Below are positions 57,583 through 64,000 of a DNA stretch of 64,000 bases, one piece after another; position 1 is the first letter of the stretch; each line of letters opens with the position of its first letter. The stretch lies in contig OX597815.1 in the NCBI GenBank assembly GCA_951406725.2, positions 26,722,001 to 26,786,000 of the forward strand, read 5' to 3'. The notes under the pieces are model-generated. The model made no database searches, was not told the DNA's origin, and was given only the letters and a program-made list of their open reading frames with translations. The stretch comes from Octopus vulgaris (taxonomy: Eukaryota). A program made the translations under genes and the position numbers.

Positions 57583-57991
57583 GGATCTTTTCGGTTTGAC
57601 CGGCAGATTTTTTAAATAATTTCCACGTAACTATAGACCTTTAAACTTCGTGTACCGATAGAATGTGTTTATAAAACATCTTTTTCTCTTGGCTTTATTG
57701 AGAAAATTCTATAGTTTGTAAGATATTTGTTGTTTTTTCTTCTTCAATTTCAACCAATCAATGACGTCTATTGAGGTAAAAAACATTCTGTGCCGTATGA
57801 ATATGTCCCTCGTTTAAGAAACAGATTGGGTTTATTTACATTACTGAAGAAAAAAAGATACCCTTCCCTCTCCCCTAACCCTAACCCTAAAATAGATTGA
57901 ATTGCAATAGATCAGTACTAGGGTCATAATTATGGGTGACAATTTCATATGACACCGCTAGAAAAAACTGCTGTTCAAACCGAAAAAATCC
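57583..57991. mobile_element. ~410-bp TIR element (MITE) with an internal (CCCTAA)3
   Basis: TIRs GGATCTTTTCGGTTTGACCGGCAG / CTGCTGTTCAAACCGAAAAAATCC. Confidence 0.7.
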
Positions 57992-58342
57992 CAGTAATAT
58001 CCTTCACAAAGCTGAGTTATTTTCGAAAACACCCTGGGGCTTTTTTCAAGATAACTGATCTAAGACAAGGGGGCATATTCTTCCAGTGTTGTTACGTGTT
58101 TTCGTTCGCCTTTACTCTGAAAGTTCGAATCACATCCAGGTCGACTTTGTCTTTCATCCCTTTCAGGAATTACTGGGTTCTATGTATACAACTTCCCACT
58201 CACATCAAAGATTGCTGGCCCTGGGTCATAATTTGAAATGATCATCATCATTACTATTATGAATGTAACCTTAAATAAAATCTTTGTCATCGTTTTAATA
58301 TTGCCTAATAAACAACAAGACAGCATTAATTGATGTGGTATC

Positions 58343-58815
58343 CATCATTATCATCATCGTCGTTTAACGTCCTTTCTCCATGCTAGCATGGGTTGGAAGG
58401 GTTCGACTGGGGTCTGGGAAGCCAGAAGGCTGCACCAAGCTCCAATCTGATCTGGCAGCATTTCTACAGCTGGATGCCTTTCCTAACGCCAACCACTCCG
58501 TGAGTGTAGTGGGTGCTTTTTACGTGCCACCAGCACAGGTGTCAGGCGAGGCTGGCAACAGCCACGATCGGGTTGGTGCTTTTTATGTGCCACTGGCATG
58601 GAAGCCAGTCAAAGGCGGCGCTGGCATCGTCCATGTTCGGATGGTGCTTTTTCCATTGATTTCTGATGTTGATGTACTTAACTCAATAGGTCTCCTCAAG
58701 CACAGGGTCGAAACGGTGTTTCTTTACTTGCCACCTGCACAGGAGTCAGTCCAGCGGCACTGGCAACTGCTGGTTCAATTTTGATTCCGATTTCACTTGC
58801 CCCAACAGGTCTTTT
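58343..58815 (-). mobile_element. RTE-type LINE 3'-end fragment
   Basis: Same tail and body as 47604-48000. Confidence 0.78.
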
Positions 58816-58827
58816 TACTTATTAATT

Positions 58828-60210
58828 GGAAAAGAAGGACTTGGAAGCTTAAGAACCGTTCATATGGTCACAGATTTAGGGATATCCTTACCGAGAAATT
58901 TGATGACATAGAAGGGAGCTGGGAATTCCTGTGAGACAGGTTGCTGAGTAACACAGACCAAATCTGTGACTGGTGCAATGTCCTTTCCAGACCTAGGTGG
59001 GAATTACAACTGTGTTTCGTGGTCTGCTATCACAACAGCTCCTTTACAGGATCCAGTTAGCTCAAGACATCATCAGGAGGAACCACGTCCGGTTTCGGCT
59101 CCTACTCCTCTACCATTTTGACATGGCGGGGCCTACCCCCTTTCGGAGGTGTCTTCAGCTCTGGTGTTGGGTGCATGTATTCTTTCTTTTGTTCCCTGGC
59201 CTCTTTGATGTATCGTCAGCGAGTGTCAGCCGGTGACTGACTGACTTGTCAAATTTTACCCTTTAAATACCTGCCGCTAGGCTCCAGCAAGTTGTCACAT
59301 GACACTGTCTCACCTTAACTGGCTAGTGAAGGCGCGTAGTTTTAGCCCGTGCATTCCCTAAATGATCATCACCTGTCAGTCAGCGAAGCTGATTCAGTGT
59401 CTTACCTAATGATGTTATAACATGGTGGTGGAACAATACTGTAGACAGGACCATTAGTGTAAAGAAACAGGCCTGGAATGCCTGTAAGAGTTGGGGTAGC
59501 AGGAGAATGTACCAGATAGCCAAAAGGGAAGCTAAGAGACAGGGAGTAGTAGAAGAGAAGGGGCTTCCTAATGCTCAGCGATGTGAGGACCAGAGAACTG
59601 AAGTATTATGGATTTCAAGACAGTGTGTGAGAGAGAAAACCGTGATGTCATAGGAAAGAAATGTGTCCGCATGGATGATGGTGCCCTTGCATTTAATGAT
59701 TCTGCAAAGAAAAGGGCTTGTTGAAGCCACTATGGAAGACTGCTGAATGTGGAGAATGAATGGGTGGAGGAGAGTCTGACAGATATTGACCCAGTTGACA
59801 GACCAGCTATCCGAATCAACAGTACCCAGGTAGATGAAGTAATTAAGGATATGAAGACAGGGAAAATCACCAGGCCCATCAAGAATCACTGCTGGGATAC
59901 TTAAAATATTGGGTTGTGTTGGTTATGGTCTTGTCACCCACATTGTAAATCAGGTAGTTCATGAAGGAGTCATACCCAATGACTTGTGTAGCAGCACCAT
60001 AGTCAACTGCTACAAGAGGAAAGGTGATACTTTAGACAGAAATAACTACAGGTGTATCAAATTATTGGGTCAGGTGTTGAAAGTCACAGAGAGGGTTATA
60101 GCCCAACAAATTAGGGAGAGAGTTAGCCTAGATGAGATGCAGTTTGGTTTGTAATGGGTAGAAGCACCATTGATGCTGTATTTCTGGTAAAGCAACTGCA
60201 GGAGAAATTT
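58828..60210 (+). mobile_element. Decayed RTE LINE ORF fragment, interrupted at 58998-59414
   Basis: Homologous to the reverse complement of ~49290-50290 (NCYKRKGDTLDRNNYRCIKLL, SLDEMQFG); many stops. Confidence 0.85.
58998..59414 (-). mobile_element. Insertion resembling a Penelope-like pseudo-LTR, with a hammerhead-like core
   Basis: The minus strand has CTGATGA (59076-59070), a long hairpin, GAAAC (59018-59014) and GTA, plus an RYIKEA peptide remnant. It interrupts RTE homology. Confidence 0.4.
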
Positions 60211-60271
60211 ACATAATATCAGTGTCATTTATTCTTTTGTCACATTATTATTACTATTAACAATATATAAC

Positions 60272-60530
60272 AAATAAATAAATGCGCCCTTTTAAAGCAT
60301 AGCCAGGCTCATGGGCCCGGTTTTCAGGTTTCAATGGTATATGTGTTCCCCAGCTGGATGGGATGCCAGTCCATTGCAGCGATACTAATTTTTGCTAGCT
60401 GAGTGGACTGGAGCAACGTGAAATGAAGTGTTTTGCTCAAGAACACAATGCTTCGCCCGGTCCAGGAATCGAAACCACAATCCTACAATCATGATGCTGA
60501 CACCCTAACCACTAAGCCACGCGCATCCAC
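60272..60530 (-). mobile_element. tRNA-derived SINE
   Basis: Minus-strand head GTGGATGCGCGTGGCTTAGTGGTTAGGG...GGTTTCGATTCCTGG, a CORE-like TGTGTTCTTGAGCAAAACACTT, and a (TTTA)n tail. Confidence 0.8.
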
Positions 60531-60855
60531 ATTAATAATATTTATATATATATATAAACACTATTCACTGAAGGAGGAATTATGCTAAGAACAATTAGTG
60601 TAATTTATAGGGTTCTTTCTTCTCGAATTTGTCATCGTCAGCCTCAATTTCATCACTGCTGCCAATATTGATTTCATCATGGTCTAACTTCAGCATTGTT
60701 ACACTATAAAACAAAATGCCTGGTCTTATGATTATACATTGACATTGGTGATTATTTGTAACGTATGTGTAAAAAAAGAATGCAAATTTTAACAACTCTG
60801 TATAATAAAAATGAGTTTTCAAACAGGGGAGATAAGCACCTCCACCCAGCAAAGC

Positions 60856-60917
60856 AGCAAGCAAAGACTAGTTTCAGAGCCATAACCCTTCATCAGTCTG
60901 GAGTAGCTTGGCTTGCT
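60856..60917 (-). ncRNA. Type I minimal hammerhead ribozyme candidate
   Basis: Minus strand reads agcaagccaagctactc-CAGA-CTGATGA-AGGG ttatgg CTCT-GAAA-CTAG-TC-TTTG-cttgct. All core nucleotides are present, stems I and II pair, and CTAG forms a palindrome at stem III. Confidence 0.75.
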
Positions 60918-60992
60918 AGCTGTGAATGCTTTTCCCAATGAATTAAGTAACAACATTGTAGACAGAAATTGGTTCCTTACACACACATACAT

Positions 60993-61148
60993 AGGTGTGG
61001 CTGTCTGGTAAGAAGCTTGCTTCCAAACTATATGGTTTCATGTTCAGTCCCAGTGCACAACACCTTTGGTAAGTGTCTTCTACTATACACTTGGGCTGAC
61101 CAAACCCTTCTGAGTAAATTTGGTAGAGGGAAATTGAAAGAAGGCTGT
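60993..61148 (+). mobile_element. SINE-like short repeat
   Basis: Starts GGTGTGGCTGTCTGGTAAGAAG with a B-box-like GTTCAGTCCC and ends in (TA)n. Confidence 0.55.
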
Positions 61149-61194
61149 ATATATATATATAATAATTATTATTGTTATTCTACAAATTATATAC

Positions 61195-61522
61195 ATCATC
61201 ATCATCGTTTAACGTCCATTCTCCATGCTAGCATGGGTTGGACGGTTCGACTGGGGATCTCGGAAGCCAGAAGGCTGCACCAGGCTCCGGTCTTATCTGG
61301 CAATGTTTCTACAGCTGGATGCCCTTCCTAACGCCAACCACTCCGTGAGTGTAGTGGGTGCTTTTTACGTGCCACCTGCACTGGTGCCAGGCATCGGCCA
61401 CGGTCAGATTGGTGCTTTTTACATGCCACCTGCACTGGTGCCAGGCATCGGCCACGGTCGGATTGGTGCTTTTTACGTGCCACCGACTCGGAAGCCAGTC
61501 GAGGCGGCGCTGGCATCGGACG
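61195..61522 (-). mobile_element. RTE-type LINE 3'-end fragment with 54-bp tandem repeats
   Basis: Same tail. The unit GGTGCTTTTTAC..GCCACCTGCACTGGTGCCAGGCATCGGCCACGGTC repeats at ~61357, 61411 and 61465. Confidence 0.8.
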
Positions 61523-62089
61523 TTTTTATTATTATTTTTTTGCAATTTACTTAATCTTTGACATTTTATTATTTTAATTTTAATATTTATATTATATGTA
61601 ATTTTCTAGAATTCATAAAAGGTGGGTTTTTTTCTAATTTTATATAAATATATATATATATGTGGGTGTATGTATGTATGTTTGGTTGGTGGGCTCCAAA
61701 AGGGGTCTCAGTGAGTGGTATCCCTGCCTTCCTAAGCTAATTTTCTACCATATTTCTTAAAAACCATGGCATGGCAGAATCCATGTACTCTGGAACACTC
61801 ATGTCTAGAAACTGAGGTTGTGGGTAAGCAACATTACAGATGATGACAGCTCCAAAAAGCCTCATGACAGCAGCCCAAAGGTTGGGGTGGGCTGAACCTG
61901 CCTGCCTCGGTTGCTAAGGCATTGAGGTAGATCCAACCACCCCCATTAGTGGGGACAAATCCTGAATTTAAAACAATGGATGACAATGATGATGTACATA
62001 TGTATATATGTGTGTGTGTGTGCATTTTTCCACCGGCCATCGCTTAACCATTGGTACGGGTGTGTTTATGTCCCTGTAACTGAGGTTTA

Positions 62090-64000
<1,911 letters not shown>

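Noticed and set aside
57872-57890. Interstitial telomere (CCCTAA)3
   Set aside because: Only three units, and they are internal to a TIR element.

Overview
Eukaryotic, AT-rich animal DNA. The gene style and repeat families resemble a coleoid cephalopod such as Octopus; this is inference, not a database result. The window is a tandem cluster of effector-less C2H2 zinc-finger genes, each with its whole ORF in one exon: 9 apparently intact ORFs on +, one 5'-deleted pseudogene, one frameshifted copy on -, and gene tails at both window edges. The genes are built from a repeated unit: a conserved upstream module (CTCF-like motif, candidate GTAAGT donor), an intron, an invariant branch point/acceptor, a ~390-nt leader with a relic finger, the finger array, and a decayed tail. 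A two-gene block of ~9 kb is repeated about three times (12-37 kb). Transposons include two ~2.9-kb foldback elements (1.3-kb arms, 9-bp TSDs), six co-duplicated Helitron helicase fragments, RTE and CR1 LINE pieces, tRNA-derived SINEs and several MITEs. The most notable observations are: copy-specific homogenisation of the foldback arms; both foldbacks sitting in the same upstream module; a CTCF-like site in front of every gene; a minimal type I hammerhead ribozyme at ~60856-60917 (-); and a shared in-frame TGA with open fingers behind it. All alignments and folds were done by eye.
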